In this document: positions 9,700 to 20,513 of the stretch, piece after piece
Layout: each line of letters begins with the position of its first letter
Position numbering within the stretch: the first letter of the stretch is position 1
NCBI GenBank assembly: GCA_002753665.1
Contig: PEAP01000004.1
Location: 1,516-65,515, forward strand
DNA: 64,000 nucleotides
Direction: 5' to 3'
Source of the DNA: Magnetococcales bacterium DC0425bin3
GTDB lineage: Bacteria > Pseudomonadota > Magnetococcia > Magnetococcales > DC0425bin3
Notes under the pieces: generated by a model
The model's input: only the letters and a program-made list of their open reading frames with translations
What the model was told of the DNA's origin: nothing
The model's database searches: none
Position numbers and translations under genes: made by a program

Positions 9700-10287
9700 A
9701 TGAAGGTATTGCCGAAAACGAAACCGGGTCGGGGGATGCTGCTCATTCTCGGGCTGCTGGTGGCGGCCGGCTGTTCCCTGATCGGCGAGAACAGCAATTT
9801 CGTCCATCGGGAGCTGTCCACTGGCTTCGATCTGCATGTGGCGGTGTTGCCTTTCGAGAACCTGAGCAACAATCCCACGGCGGGGGTGGCGGTGTCCCAA
9901 CTGATGGCCACCGAACTCTATGCCCGCAAGGCATTCAGGATCATGGAAGAGAGCGAGATGCGCCGCCGTCTCACCATGCGCAAGGTGGATATGGACCGCC
10001 TGGCCGACGCCGCGGTGGCCCGCCAGGTGGCCATTCAACTGGGGGTGGACGCGGTGCTGATCGGCAGCGTGTCGGAATTCGCCTACCAGCATGGCCTGCG
10101 GGAGGAACCGGCGGTGGGGGTCAACGTACAGTTGATCCGCGCCCGGGATGGCTTGGTGATGTGGCGGGCCAGCCAGTCCCTGATGGGGTCCAACTTCTGG
10201 CGCCGTCAGAGCCTGATCCAGACCACCCAGCAGGCCGTGAACCGGCTGGTGGATGGACTGGTGGGTGCCACACTGCCGGAGGCCTGA
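9700..10287 (+). CDS. pelC: PelC-like outer-membrane lipoprotein
   Basis: 195 aa with lipobox LLVAAGCS. VAVLPFENLSNNPTAG motif typical of PelC/TolB-N-like lipoproteins. SD GAGGAA upstream. Confidence 0.75.
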   Translation: MKVLPKTKPGRGMLLILGLLVAAGCSLIGENSNFVHRELSTGFDLHVAVLPFENLSNNPTAGVAVSQLMATELYARKAFRIMEESEMRRRLTMRKVDMDRLADAAVARQVAIQLGVDAVLIGSVSEFAYQHGLREEPAVGVNVQLIRARDGLVMWRASQSLMGSNFWRRQSLIQTTQQAVNRLVDGLVGATLPEA

Positions 10288-10292
10288 CCGCC

Positions 10293-11705
10293 ATGAAGGT
10301 GCCACGGCAGGTGGCGGAAACCCCTCCGGAGCAGGCGGCGGGCATCCTGGCAGCCAGACCGCCCCGCTACGCCCTGGGTCTGCGGGTGGCGGCCTGGGGG
10401 GAGATGGCGTTGTTTTTCGCCATCGTGTTCGCCCTGGACTATTTCATGTTCGGGGGCAAACGCTTCGTCGATGTGTCTCCCCATCCCTACTGGATCATCG
10501 TCCTGCTGATCAGCACCCAGTACGGCACCGCCCACGGCCTGGCAGCCGCGGCCGTCGCGGTGGGCGCGCTGATGGTGGACAACATGCCCAAGCCGGAATT
10601 CGGCCAGGACGCCTTCCAATATGGCCTGGACTTGTTCCGGATGCCGCTGCTCTGGGTGGTGACGGCGGTGATCCTGGGGGAGCTGCGGGTGCGCAGCCTG
10701 CGGGAACGGGATACCCTGGTTCAGGAATTGACCCAGAGCCGGTCCCGGGAGCAGACCATCACCCAGGCCTACCAGAGGCTCAACGCCACCAAGGAACGCC
10801 TGGAAACCCAGGTGACCGGCCAGATGCGCACCGTGGTCAGCTCGTTCAAGGCGGCCAAGGCGGTGGAACAGCAGGATCCCGCCATGGTCCTGTCCGGGGC
10901 GGCGGACATGGTGCGCTCGGTGATGAACCCGGAGAAGTTTTCCGTCTATACCCTGTCCAAGGATGGCCTGGAGGTCACCATCCGCAACGGCTGGACCCAG
11001 GAAGACAATTTCAAGGAGAGCTTCGATCCCGGAACCCCCCTGTTCCAGGCGGTGGTGGGATCCCAGCGCTTTCTCTGCCTGGTCAACCGTCAGGACCGGG
11101 ATCTGCTGGATGACCAGGGTGTCCTGGCGGGTCCGCTGGTCAGCCGGGAGACCGGCAACGTCACCGGCATGATGAAGGTGGAGAATCTGGGCTTCCTGGA
11201 CCTCAACCTCAGTACCGTGGAAAATTTTAAGGCCCTGTGCGAATGGGTGGGCGCCAGCCATGACACGGCCCTGCGCTACCAGGCGGCCCGCTCCGACAGC
11301 GTGATCAACCACGACCACCAGCTCTTTTCCTTCGGCTTTTTTCCGCGCCAGGTGGAGTTGATGACCAACCTGGGACGACGACTCAATTTCGAGGTCACCC
11401 TGCTGGTGATTCGGGTGGAGAATCCCGACGATCTCACCCTGGAGGAACGCAAGAAGATTCCCGCGGCCATCGGCGCCGCCACCAAGGTGGTGATGCGCAA
11501 CACCGACATGGCGTTCGATTACGAACGGCCGGGGTTCGAATTCGCTTTGCTGCTGCCGGCCACCCCCGAGAAGAACATGTCCTTCGTGATCGCCAAGATG
11601 GAGGAGGCCATCAAGGGCCATGTGACCACCCAGGTGCCCCGGGCGCGATTTTCCCTCACCACCCAGGTGCTGCATAAACACCGGGAGGAGCCGGCCCGTG
11701 GCTGA
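10293..11705 (+). CDS. pelD: PelD-like inner-membrane c-di-GMP receptor (TM + GAF-like + degenerate GGDEF)
   Basis: 470 aa from ATG 10293. N-terminal TM helices and a coiled-coil. The C-terminal GGDEF-like domain has RNTD (RxxD I-site) and PGFEF in place of GGDEF. Confidence 0.75.
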   Translation: MKVPRQVAETPPEQAAGILAARPPRYALGLRVAAWGEMALFFAIVFALDYFMFGGKRFVDVSPHPYWIIVLLISTQYGTAHGLAAAAVAVGALMVDNMPKPEFGQDAFQYGLDLFRMPLLWVVTAVILGELRVRSLRERDTLVQELTQSRSREQTITQAYQRLNATKERLETQVTGQMRTVVSSFKAAKAVEQQDPAMVLSGAADMVRSVMNPEKFSVYTLSKDGLEVTIRNGWTQEDNFKESFDPGTPLFQAVVGSQRFLCLVNRQDRDLLDDQGVLAGPLVSRETGNVTGMMKVENLGFLDLNLSTVENFKALCEWVGASHDTALRYQAARSDSVINHDHQLFSFGFFPRQVELMTNLGRRLNFEVTLLVIRVENPDDLTLEERKKIPAAIGAATKVVMRNTDMAFDYERPGFEFALLLPATPEKNMSFVIAKMEEAIKGHVTTQVPRARFSLTTQVLHKHREEPARG

Positions 11706-12852
11706 CGCTCCCTTGGCCGCAGCCATGCCGCCGCTTCCGGAAGAGATCGCGCCGCAAACCGGACGGCGTTATCGCAAACGCTGCATCCTGTTTTTCATGG
11801 TGACCGCCCTGGGCGCCCTGGTGGCCGAGGGCTGGGCCATGTGGCATCTGCTGGGTTCGGAGTATGGGGCGTCCTGGATCGGTATCGTCCCTCCGGCCGT
11901 GGCCCATCTGGTGGTGTTGAAGATCCTGGTGACCATTGCCGTCTATTTTCACAACCGGCCGGAACATTGTTCCCGGAACATGTTCATGCTGCTGGCCGTG
12001 GCCACAGCCTTCATGGGTGTGCTGGGTATCCTGGGAACCGTGATCGCCTATCTGCTGCATCTGGAATACAACCAGGAGTCGGTCTCTTTCGAGGAATGGT
12101 ACGCCTCCCTGTTTCCCGAAGAGGAGCGCGGGGCCTCCCGGGAGCTGATGGAGCGGTTGCAGGCAGCGGGGGAGGAGGGGGGCTCCCTGACCCCTTTCAC
12201 CGATGTGTTGACCTACGGCACCCAGGCCCAGAAGCAGGCCATGATCGCTTTGATCAGCCGGGATTTTCGCCCCCAGTTCGCCCCGGTGCTGAACCAGGCC
12301 CTCAACGATCCCGACAACGCCGTGCGGGTGCAGGCCGCCACCGCCGCCACCCATGTGGAAAACCGCTTCATGAAGAAGTCCATGGAGTTGGAAGAGACCG
12401 TGGCCCGCAACCCGAAGGATGACAAGCAGTTGCTTGCCCTGGCCCGCCACTGCGACGACTATGCCTTCTCCGGCCTGCTGGAGGCCGAACGGGCCCGGGA
12501 ATACGGCGACAAGGCCCTGGCGGCCTACCGGAAATACCTCACCCTGCGTCCCGACGATGTGGCGGTGCGGGTGGCGGTGGGACGCCACCTGGTGCGGAGC
12601 CACCGGCTGGAGGAGGCGGCGCGTTATCTGGAAGAGGCCCTCCGGGGGGAGAAACCTTCCCCCCAGCTGGCGTTGTGGTACATGGAGACCCTCTATCAAC
12701 TCCGGCGCTTCGAACCCCTGGAGGAGCTGGCACGCCGGTATGGGCAGGACTTTACCGCCGCGGCGGGGTTTCCCGTGCAGGTGGTCGAGGCGGTGGGGCT
12801 GTGGGCCGGCGCCACCAGGGCGGCAACCCCTCAGCCGGCGGGGTACCGATGA
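11698..12852 (+). CDS. pelE: PelE-like inner-membrane TPR protein
   Basis: 384 aa. GTG 11698 overlaps the pelD stop by 8 nt. Two or more N-terminal TM helices, then TPR-like helices. Stop TGA 12850-12852 lies inside repeat copy 1. Confidence 0.65.
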   Translation: MADAPLAAAMPPLPEEIAPQTGRRYRKRCILFFMVTALGALVAEGWAMWHLLGSEYGASWIGIVPPAVAHLVVLKILVTIAVYFHNRPEHCSRNMFMLLAVATAFMGVLGILGTVIAYLLHLEYNQESVSFEEWYASLFPEEERGASRELMERLQAAGEEGGSLTPFTDVLTYGTQAQKQAMIALISRDFRPQFAPVLNQALNDPDNAVRVQAATAATHVENRFMKKSMELEETVARNPKDDKQLLALARHCDDYAFSGLLEAERAREYGDKALAAYRKYLTLRPDDVAVRVAVGRHLVRSHRLEEAARYLEEALRGEKPSPQLALWYMETLYQLRRFEPLEELARRYGQDFTAAAGFPVQVVEAVGLWAGATRAATPQPAGYR

Positions 12853-12912
12853 CAGTCGCTCTGCGACAGTCATCGGTGGAGGGTGGAGGGTGGCCTCCCC
12901 CATCCATCAAAG
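12844..12912 (+). repeat. Two-hairpin GGTGGAGGGTGGAGGG-box repeat, copy 1
   Basis: TACCGATGACAGTCGC-TCT-GCGACAGTCATCGG, then TGGAGGGTGGAGGG-TGGC-CTCCCCCATCCATCAAAG. Confidence 0.95.
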
Positions 12913-12913
12913 T

Positions 12914-12976
12914 TACCGATGACAGTCGCTCTGCGACAGTCATCGGTGGAGGGTGGAGGGAGGCCTCCCCCATCCA

Positions 12977-12982
<6 letters not shown>
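12914..12982 (+). repeat. Two-hairpin GGTGGAGGGTGGAGGG-box repeat, copy 2 (tandem with copy 1)
   Basis: Identical to copy 1 except T->A (12891 vs 12961). Period 70 bp. Confidence 0.95.
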
Positions 12983-13921
<939 letters not shown>

Positions 13922-13953
13922 TTTTCTTTCAGTGAAGGGATGCGGGGAGCATC

Positions 13954-15519
13954 ATGGCCCTGTTGAACCGTTGGCAAAAACCCCGGGAGGTGGCGACTGG
14001 TCCGGGCTTGGCACGGCCCCTCGACGATGTCTGTCTCATCGTGGAGGGCACCTATCCCTATGTGGCGGGTGGGGTGTCGGGTTGGACCCATGACCTGATC
14101 CGATCCCTGCCGGAGTTGACGTTTCATCTGCTGGCCGTGCTGCCGCCCAAGGCGGATCTGGCCATGCGGTACAAACTCCCCCCCAATGTCAGCGGCGTCA
14201 CCAACCTGTTCCTGGATCTGACCTCCAACCGGTTCCGCCGACCGTGCCGGGATGATAAGGATCTCTTTGCCCGGTTGGAAGCGGGAATCGAGCAATTCCA
14301 GGAGGAAGGCGGGCTGAGCCATCTCAACACCATCCTGACCACCCTGGCGCCCTGCCGGGAGCGGTTGAGCGGCCAGTATCTGCTCAACTCCAAACTCGGC
14401 TGGCAGATGGCCCTCAACCTCTACGAGAAATTCCTGCCCGGCGGTCCCTTCCTGGACTTCTTCTGGACCTGGCGGTTCGTGGCCGGCAACCTGATGACCA
14501 TCCTGTTGGGGCCCTTGCCCCGGGCCCGGGTCTATCATGCGGTGTCCACCGGTTATGCCGGCCTCTATCTGGCCCGGGCGCGGCTGGAGACCGGGCGGCC
14601 GGTGCTGGTGACCGAACACGGTATCTACACCAACGAACGTCGCATCGAAATCACCATGGCCGACTGGCTGTACGAAAAGCCCCGCAACAGCCTGCAGGTG
14701 GAGAAGAGCGACCGGGATGTGAAGGGCATCTGGATCAAGGCGTTTCAGGCCTACTCACTGGCCTGCTATCAGGCCAGTGAGCGGATCATCACCCTCTACA
14801 CTGGCAACCAGAACTTCCAGAAGGCCGATGGCGCCGATCCGGCGCGCATGAGCATCATCCCCAACGGCATCGACTGGCAACCGTTCGCCAATCTGGCCTC
14901 GGACCGGGGCAGCCGTCCCCCCACCATCGCCCTCATCGGGCGGGTGGTGCCCATCAAGGACATCAAGAGCTTCATCCGCGCCTGCGGCATGGTGCGGCGG
15001 GCGGTGCCCGAGGCCAAGGCCCTGATCATGGGCCCCCTGGAAGAGGACAAGGGCTACTACAACGAATGCCGGGATCTGATCCAGCACCAGGGCCTGGAAG
15101 AGATGATCACCTTCACCGGCCGGGTCAAGCTGACCGAATACCTGGGCCAGATTGATGTCAACGTGCTGACCAGCATCAGCGAGGGCCAGCCCCTGGTGAT
15201 CCTGGAGGCCGGGGCGGCGGGGGTGCCCAGCGTGTCCACCGACGTGGGCGGCTGCCGGGAGATGATCCTGGGCGCCCCCACCGAGGATCCGCCCCTGGGG
15301 CCCGGCGGGGCGGTCACCCCGGTGTCCAACCCGGCCGAGACCGCCAAAGCCCTGGTGGAACTGCTCATCAATCCGGCTTGGCATGCCCAGTGCGCGGCGG
15401 CGATTCGGGAGCGGATCAAGCGGTATTACGACCTGGCCGACCTGAAGAAGGCCTACCAGGATATCTATGACGACCTGCGGCGGCGTCCCGACGCCCCGCT
15501 GGGCAGCGAAACATACTGA
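13954..15519 (+). CDS. pelF: PelF-like GT4 glycosyltransferase
   Basis: 521 aa. N-terminal VCLIVEGTYPYVAGGVSGWTHDLI, the PelF-specific N-domain signature. C-terminal GT-B motifs (SISEGQPLVILEAGAAGVP). Confidence 0.85.
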   Translation: MALLNRWQKPREVATGPGLARPLDDVCLIVEGTYPYVAGGVSGWTHDLIRSLPELTFHLLAVLPPKADLAMRYKLPPNVSGVTNLFLDLTSNRFRRPCRDDKDLFARLEAGIEQFQEEGGLSHLNTILTTLAPCRERLSGQYLLNSKLGWQMALNLYEKFLPGGPFLDFFWTWRFVAGNLMTILLGPLPRARVYHAVSTGYAGLYLARARLETGRPVLVTEHGIYTNERRIEITMADWLYEKPRNSLQVEKSDRDVKGIWIKAFQAYSLACYQASERIITLYTGNQNFQKADGADPARMSIIPNGIDWQPFANLASDRGSRPPTIALIGRVVPIKDIKSFIRACGMVRRAVPEAKALIMGPLEEDKGYYNECRDLIQHQGLEEMITFTGRVKLTEYLGQIDVNVLTSISEGQPLVILEAGAAGVPSVSTDVGGCREMILGAPTEDPPLGPGGAVTPVSNPAETAKALVELLINPAWHAQCAAAIRERIKRYYDLADLKKAYQDIYDDLRRRPDAPLGSETY

Positions 15520-15521
15520 TC

Positions 15522-16907
15522 ATGGCGGGCATCGGCTTCGTACTGCGCAATCTCACCCGACAGGACAACCTGATGGGCCTGTTGGCCGGCTTCGGCTATT
15601 CGGCCCTGGTGGCCACCGGTCCCTGGCTGTTCACCATCATGGCCCTCTCCGCCACTCTCTATCTGGGCGGTCTGGTGACCAATTTCCATGAACAGGAAGG
15701 GTTCCGCATCATCATCATCTACAATTTCGCTTTCTCCCTGGTGTTTTCCGGGCCGGTGGTGATGGTGGTGACCCGCTATGTGGCGGACCGCATCTACATC
15801 AAGGATGTGCAGAAGGTGCCGGGCAGCCTGATCGGCGGTCTGGTGCTGTTGTTCGGGACCCAGGCGCCCCTGGCGGGGGTGTTCTATTTCTTTGCCGTGG
15901 ATCTCACCCTGGTGGTGCGGCTGCATGCCCTGACCAACTATTTCCTCATCACCGGCATCTGGCTGGCGGCGGTCTACATCACTGCCCTCAAGGATTACCA
16001 GGCGGTGATCCGCACCTTCCTGATCGGCATGGCCATGGGCACGGTCTCCAACGCCTTTTTGGCCACGGAATACGGTCTGGCGGGCATGCTGTTCGGCTTC
16101 AACGTGGGGTTGGCCATCATCTTCTTTTCGCTGTGCGCTCGGGTGTTCGCCGAATATCCCCACGAGGCCACCCAGGTGTTCGATTTCATGTCCCACTTCC
16201 GCAAATACTGGGCACTGGCCCTGGGGGGACTGTTCTTCAACATGGCCTCCTGGGTGGACAAGTGGATCATGTGGTTCAGCCCCCACAGCACCCCGGCGGT
16301 GGGGGGATTTCCGTCCTATTCCGACTACGACGGCGCCATGTTCCTGGCCTACCTCTCCATCGTCCCCTCCATGGCCACCTTCGTGCTGAGCATGGAGACG
16401 GGCTTCTTCGAAAAATATCTGAAATTCTACCAGGATATCCAGAAACATGTGTCCCTGGCCCGCATCATGGAAAACCATCGGGCCATGATCGACTCCATCC
16501 ATGGCAGCGGCCGCAACTTTCTGGTGCTGCAGGGGGCGATCAGCCTGCTGGCGGTCCTCATGGCCCCCCAGCTCCTGGGCTGGCTGGGCATCAACTTCCT
16601 GCAATTGAGCATCTACCGTCTGGGCGTGATGGGGTCGTTCTACCATGTGATGGTGCTGTTTCTGGGGATCGTGCTGTCCTATTTCGATTTCCGCAATCAG
16701 TTCCTGATGATCAGCGCGGTGTTCCTGGCCAGCAACCTGATTCTGACCACCGTCTCCATGAAACTGGGGTTCGCCTATTACGGCTACGGCTACTTCGGTG
16801 CCACCATGATCACCTTCGCGGTGGCCTTCCTCATCACCTTCAAACGGGTGGTGGATCTGCCCTATCACACCTTCATCAGCCAGAACGTCTCGGTCTCGAA
16901 GGGGTGA
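15522..16907 (+). CDS. pelG: PelG-like polytopic polysaccharide export/polymerase membrane protein
   Basis: 461 aa. Starts MAGIGFVLRNLTRQDNLMGLLAGFGYSALV, as PelG does. About 12 TM segments. Begins 3 nt after pelF. Confidence 0.85.
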   Translation: MAGIGFVLRNLTRQDNLMGLLAGFGYSALVATGPWLFTIMALSATLYLGGLVTNFHEQEGFRIIIIYNFAFSLVFSGPVVMVVTRYVADRIYIKDVQKVPGSLIGGLVLLFGTQAPLAGVFYFFAVDLTLVVRLHALTNYFLITGIWLAAVYITALKDYQAVIRTFLIGMAMGTVSNAFLATEYGLAGMLFGFNVGLAIIFFSLCARVFAEYPHEATQVFDFMSHFRKYWALALGGLFFNMASWVDKWIMWFSPHSTPAVGGFPSYSDYDGAMFLAYLSIVPSMATFVLSMETGFFEKYLKFYQDIQKHVSLARIMENHRAMIDSIHGSGRNFLVLQGAISLLAVLMAPQLLGWLGINFLQLSIYRLGVMGSFYHVMVLFLGIVLSYFDFRNQFLMISAVFLASNLILTTVSMKLGFAYYGYGYFGATMITFAVAFLITFKRVVDLPYHTFISQNVSVSKG

Positions 16908-16917
16908 GCGCCCCGGA

Positions 16918-17874
16918 CTACTTGCTCGCCTCCATGTCGAAGAACATGCCGAACAGGAGGAACTGCAGGCCGAAGATGAGCAACAGGGCATCCAGGATGG
17001 AGCGGGGACCGGTGACGGCGTAGCCGCCGTAGAACAGCCGGTCGATCACCAGCCAGCCCCCCAGGACCGAGCCCAGGGTCAGGAAGAGGAAGGCCAGCCA
17101 GAAGAAGAAGAACACCGGGTGGAAATCCCGGTAGACATACTTGAATTTCAGACGCCACATGAAGCCCCGCAGCAGCATGGGCGCCACCCGCAGGGCGTAG
17201 CGGAAGCTCTTGATCTGGGACTGCCGCTCTCCGGGCAGATAGATGGGCGCCCGGCCCACGTCCACCACCCGCAGGCCATAGGCGTTGAGCCGAATCAGGA
17301 AATCCATGGGATAACCATAGCCTTTCCAGGCCTGGTCCCAGTTGACGGTGTCGATGGCGGCCTTGCTGATGACGGTATAGCCGTCCACCACATCCATGAC
17401 CTTGTAGCAGCCCGAGGCGATCTTGGTGAGCATGGTGATGATCCAGTTGCCCACCAGGCGGCTCTTGGGCATTTTTTCCAGGGATTCTGCCAGGTTGCTG
17501 CCGATGAACCGGTTGCCCTTGGCATAATCGGCCACTCCGTCCACCACCGGGCGCAGCAGCGCTCCCACCTCGCCCAGATTCATCTGATTGTCCCCACCGA
17601 CCACCACCGTGATATCGTGGCCCTCCTGGCTGGCTTGCCGATAGCCGGTGATGATCGCTCCCCCCGGACCGGTATTGACCGCATGCTGAAGCAGGCGGAT
17701 CCGGGCGTCCCGGGCGGCCTGGGCCAGGACCACTGCGTTCTGGTTGTCCGGGCTGTGGTCGTCCACCACATAGACAGTGTCGAACAGGGGGGGGATCCCC
17801 TCCAGGGTCGGGCCGATGAGGCGCGCCTCGTTGTAGGCCGGAATGACCAGGGCGATCCGTTTTCCTTCGAACAT
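16918..17874 (-). CDS. Family 2 glycosyltransferase with C-terminal TM helices
   Basis: 318 aa. IALVIPAYNEARLI...VVDDHSPD (GT-A DxD context). Two C-terminal hydrophobic helices. Convergent with pelG. Confidence 0.8.
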   Translation of the reverse strand: MFEGKRIALVIPAYNEARLIGPTLEGIPPLFDTVYVVDDHSPDNQNAVVLAQAARDARIRLLQHAVNTGPGGAIITGYRQASQEGHDITVVVGGDNQMNLGEVGALLRPVVDGVADYAKGNRFIGSNLAESLEKMPKSRLVGNWIITMLTKIASGCYKVMDVVDGYTVISKAAIDTVNWDQAWKGYGYPMDFLIRLNAYGLRVVDVGRAPIYLPGERQSQIKSFRYALRVAPMLLRGFMWRLKFKYVYRDFHPVFFFFWLAFLFLTLGSVLGGWLVIDRLFYGGYAVTGPRSILDALLLIFGLQFLLFGMFFDMEASK

Positions 17875-18089
17875 GGCAGGAGTTCCGTTGCAGTCGGGGA
17901 TCGAGGAGCGGTACGTCCGCCGGGAAAGAAGCTATCAGGCCGTCTCCGGCCAAGCCAGAACAATTCGGCATCCGGACCGGCCCCCAGAACGGGATGGGCT
18001 TGCGCTGCCTGTGAGGGAAATTCTATGCTTTTGAAGGGCTGCCCGCCCGCAGATTCGTCTTTCGGCCTGATGCGAAGGGAAATCCGCCA

Positions 18090-18911
18090 ATGATTCAGAC
18101 CTCGCTCTTGGAACGCATCCCCTTCTTCCGGGATTTTTCCCAGGGAGATCTGGAAGAAATCGTCCTGCACAGCGATGCCCAGTTGCTGAAGATTCCACCC
18201 AACCAGACGATCCTCAACGAAGGGGATATGGGACAGACCTGCTACATCCTGCTCCGGGGCAAAGCGGTCATCTACAAACGACCATTCTCCAACCCCCTGT
18301 CCTGGCTCAAGCCCGGGCAGGTGTTCGGTGAGGTCTCCTTCCTCACGCCCCGGGTGCGGGTCACCAGCGTGGTGGCGGAGGAGGAATGCATCGTCCTCCA
18401 GTTCGACAAGGCCTTTCTCCAGGACTTGAGCCCCGACTGCCGGGACAAGTTCAAGGACCAGATGATCATCACCCTGGTGAAGAATCTCGACAGCCTGCGG
18501 GAGGTCATTGAGGAATACAAGGCCCCGGTGGTGATCGAGCATCGCAATCCCTTTTCCGACTACAAGGACGCCGAGGGCAAGGAGGTCAAAGAGGAACTGT
18601 GCTACGAGGATGACGAGGGGTTCAAGATCATCAACCTGGGCCGGCGCAAGGTGCGCCTGGAAAAGGACGGCAAGAGTACCGAGGTGGAGCTGGTCCCCCT
18701 GACCACCAATATGCCCGGCAAATTTCTCAACATCCTCAAGAGCCAGGGCAAGGATCCTGAGGACTACCTGTTCGGCAAGGATTTTCTCATTCCCAGACGG
18801 GCGGAAAGCGCCTGGAAGCGGATGCTGGTGGCGGAAGACAGCAAGAAATTGAAGATGGAGCGGGAGATGAAGAGCTACCTGGAAAAGGACGGTGTGCCTG
18901 GCGCCCTGTGA
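18090..18911 (+). CDS. Cyclic-nucleotide-binding domain protein
   Basis: 273 aa. IPFFRDFSQGDLEEIV...ILNEGDMGQTCYILLRGKAVIY...GQVFGEVSFL is a CAP/cNMP-type fold. The Lys/Glu-rich C-terminal half is of unknown function. Confidence 0.75.
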   Translation: MIQTSLLERIPFFRDFSQGDLEEIVLHSDAQLLKIPPNQTILNEGDMGQTCYILLRGKAVIYKRPFSNPLSWLKPGQVFGEVSFLTPRVRVTSVVAEEECIVLQFDKAFLQDLSPDCRDKFKDQMIITLVKNLDSLREVIEEYKAPVVIEHRNPFSDYKDAEGKEVKEELCYEDDEGFKIINLGRRKVRLEKDGKSTEVELVPLTTNMPGKFLNILKSQGKDPEDYLFGKDFLIPRRAESAWKRMLVAEDSKKLKMEREMKSYLEKDGVPGAL

Positions 18912-19040
18912 CAGCCCGTCGATCGACACAGTGGTAACGGATCCGGTCATGGCGATAGGCCTTGTGACCGGCTGTGATCGGGTGCATAGTCCCAGGGAGT
19001 CGGCACGGTTCTGTTCCCATTCGACGGCGGGGGATTCCGA

Positions 19041-20513
19041 ATGCATGTGGTCATGGTGGCTTCCGAATGCGCTCCGGTGGCCAAGGTGGGCGGTCTGGGG
19101 GATGTGATTTACGGCTTGTCGCGGGAGATGGCCATCCGCGGCAACAGCGTGGAAGTGATCCTGCCCAAGTATGACTGCATGCGTTACGACCACATCTGGG
19201 GGCTCTCGGTCAGTTACGATGACCTCTGGGTTCCCTGGTATGGCGGATCCATCCACTGCACCGTGTGGTCTGGCTTCGTCCACGGCCAGCTCTGTTTTTT
19301 CATCGATCCCCACAGCAGTGACCAGTTCTTCAACCGTGGATCCTATTACGGCTTCTTCGACGAGGCCAAACGCTACGCCTTCTTCTCACGGGCGGCCCTG
19401 GAGTTCATGTACCGCTCGGGCAAGCGACCGGACATCATCCATACCCACGATTGGCAGACCGCCCTGATTCCGGTGATGCTGTGCGAACTCTACGCCGGCC
19501 TGGGCATGCAGAACTGCCGGGTGGTGCATACCATCCACAACTTCAAACACCAGGGGGTGGCCAGTGGGGAAATTCTTGCCGCCACCAATCTGCACCGGCC
19601 CGACTTCTATTTCGCCGAAGACCGCATGCGGGATCCTTTCAATCCCTTTGCGCTCAATTTTACCCATGGGGCGATGGTCTATTCCAACTTCGTCACCACC
19701 GTGTCGCCCAAACATGCCTGGGAGGCCCGTCATACCGATCAGGGCTATGGCCTGGGCCATGTGCTGCACCGGTATCAGGACAAGTTCGGCGGGATCCTCA
19801 ACGGGTTGGACTACCAGATGTGGAATCCCGAGCTGGATCCCCACATCGCCCATCATTTCACCGCCGGCGACCTGACCGGCAAGGCCGGCAACAAGAAGGC
19901 TCTGCGCCACCGGTTGATGTTGCAGGACAACGACAAGCCCATCATCAGCTATGTGGGTCGACTGGATACCCAGAAGGGGGTGCATTTGATCCGCCATGCC
20001 CTCTTCACCGCCATCTGGAACGGCGCCCAGTTCGCTCTCCTGGGGTCGAGCCCGGAATATGGCATCAACGACGATTTCTGGCACCTCAAGCATTTCCTCA
20101 ACGACAACCCGGATTGCCATCTGGAAATCGGCTTCAACGAGGAGCTGGCCCACCTGATCTATGCGGGATCGGACATGTTCGTGGTCCCCAGCCTGTTCGA
20201 ACCCTGCGGCCTGACCCAGATGATCTCCCTGCGCTACGGCACGGTGCCCATCGTCCGGGCGGTGGGAGGCCTGGTGGATACGGTATTCGACTGGGATTAT
20301 TCCCCGCTGCCCCGGGAGCAGCGCAACGGCTTCACCTTCGACCATCCCGACTTCGCCGGCATCGAGTCCGCCATGCGCCGGGCTTTGGGGCTGTGGGGGG
20401 GGCGTCCGGACCTGTGGCAGCAATTGCGGGTCACCGGCATGCAATACGACTATTCTTGGAATCAGCCGGGACAGCACTACCTGCAGATCTACGAGTTCGT
20501 TCGCCATAAATGA
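19041..20513 (+). CDS. glgA: Glycogen synthase
   Basis: 490 aa. ECAPVAKVGGLGDV signature plus C-terminal GT5 motifs (PSLFEPCGLTQM). Confidence 0.9.
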   Translation: MHVVMVASECAPVAKVGGLGDVIYGLSREMAIRGNSVEVILPKYDCMRYDHIWGLSVSYDDLWVPWYGGSIHCTVWSGFVHGQLCFFIDPHSSDQFFNRGSYYGFFDEAKRYAFFSRAALEFMYRSGKRPDIIHTHDWQTALIPVMLCELYAGLGMQNCRVVHTIHNFKHQGVASGEILAATNLHRPDFYFAEDRMRDPFNPFALNFTHGAMVYSNFVTTVSPKHAWEARHTDQGYGLGHVLHRYQDKFGGILNGLDYQMWNPELDPHIAHHFTAGDLTGKAGNKKALRHRLMLQDNDKPIISYVGRLDTQKGVHLIRHALFTAIWNGAQFALLGSSPEYGINDDFWHLKHFLNDNPDCHLEIGFNEELAHLIYAGSDMFVVPSLFEPCGLTQMISLRYGTVPIVRAVGGLVDTVFDWDYSPLPREQRNGFTFDHPDFAGIESAMRRALGLWGGRPDLWQQLRVTGMQYDYSWNQPGQHYLQIYEFVRHK

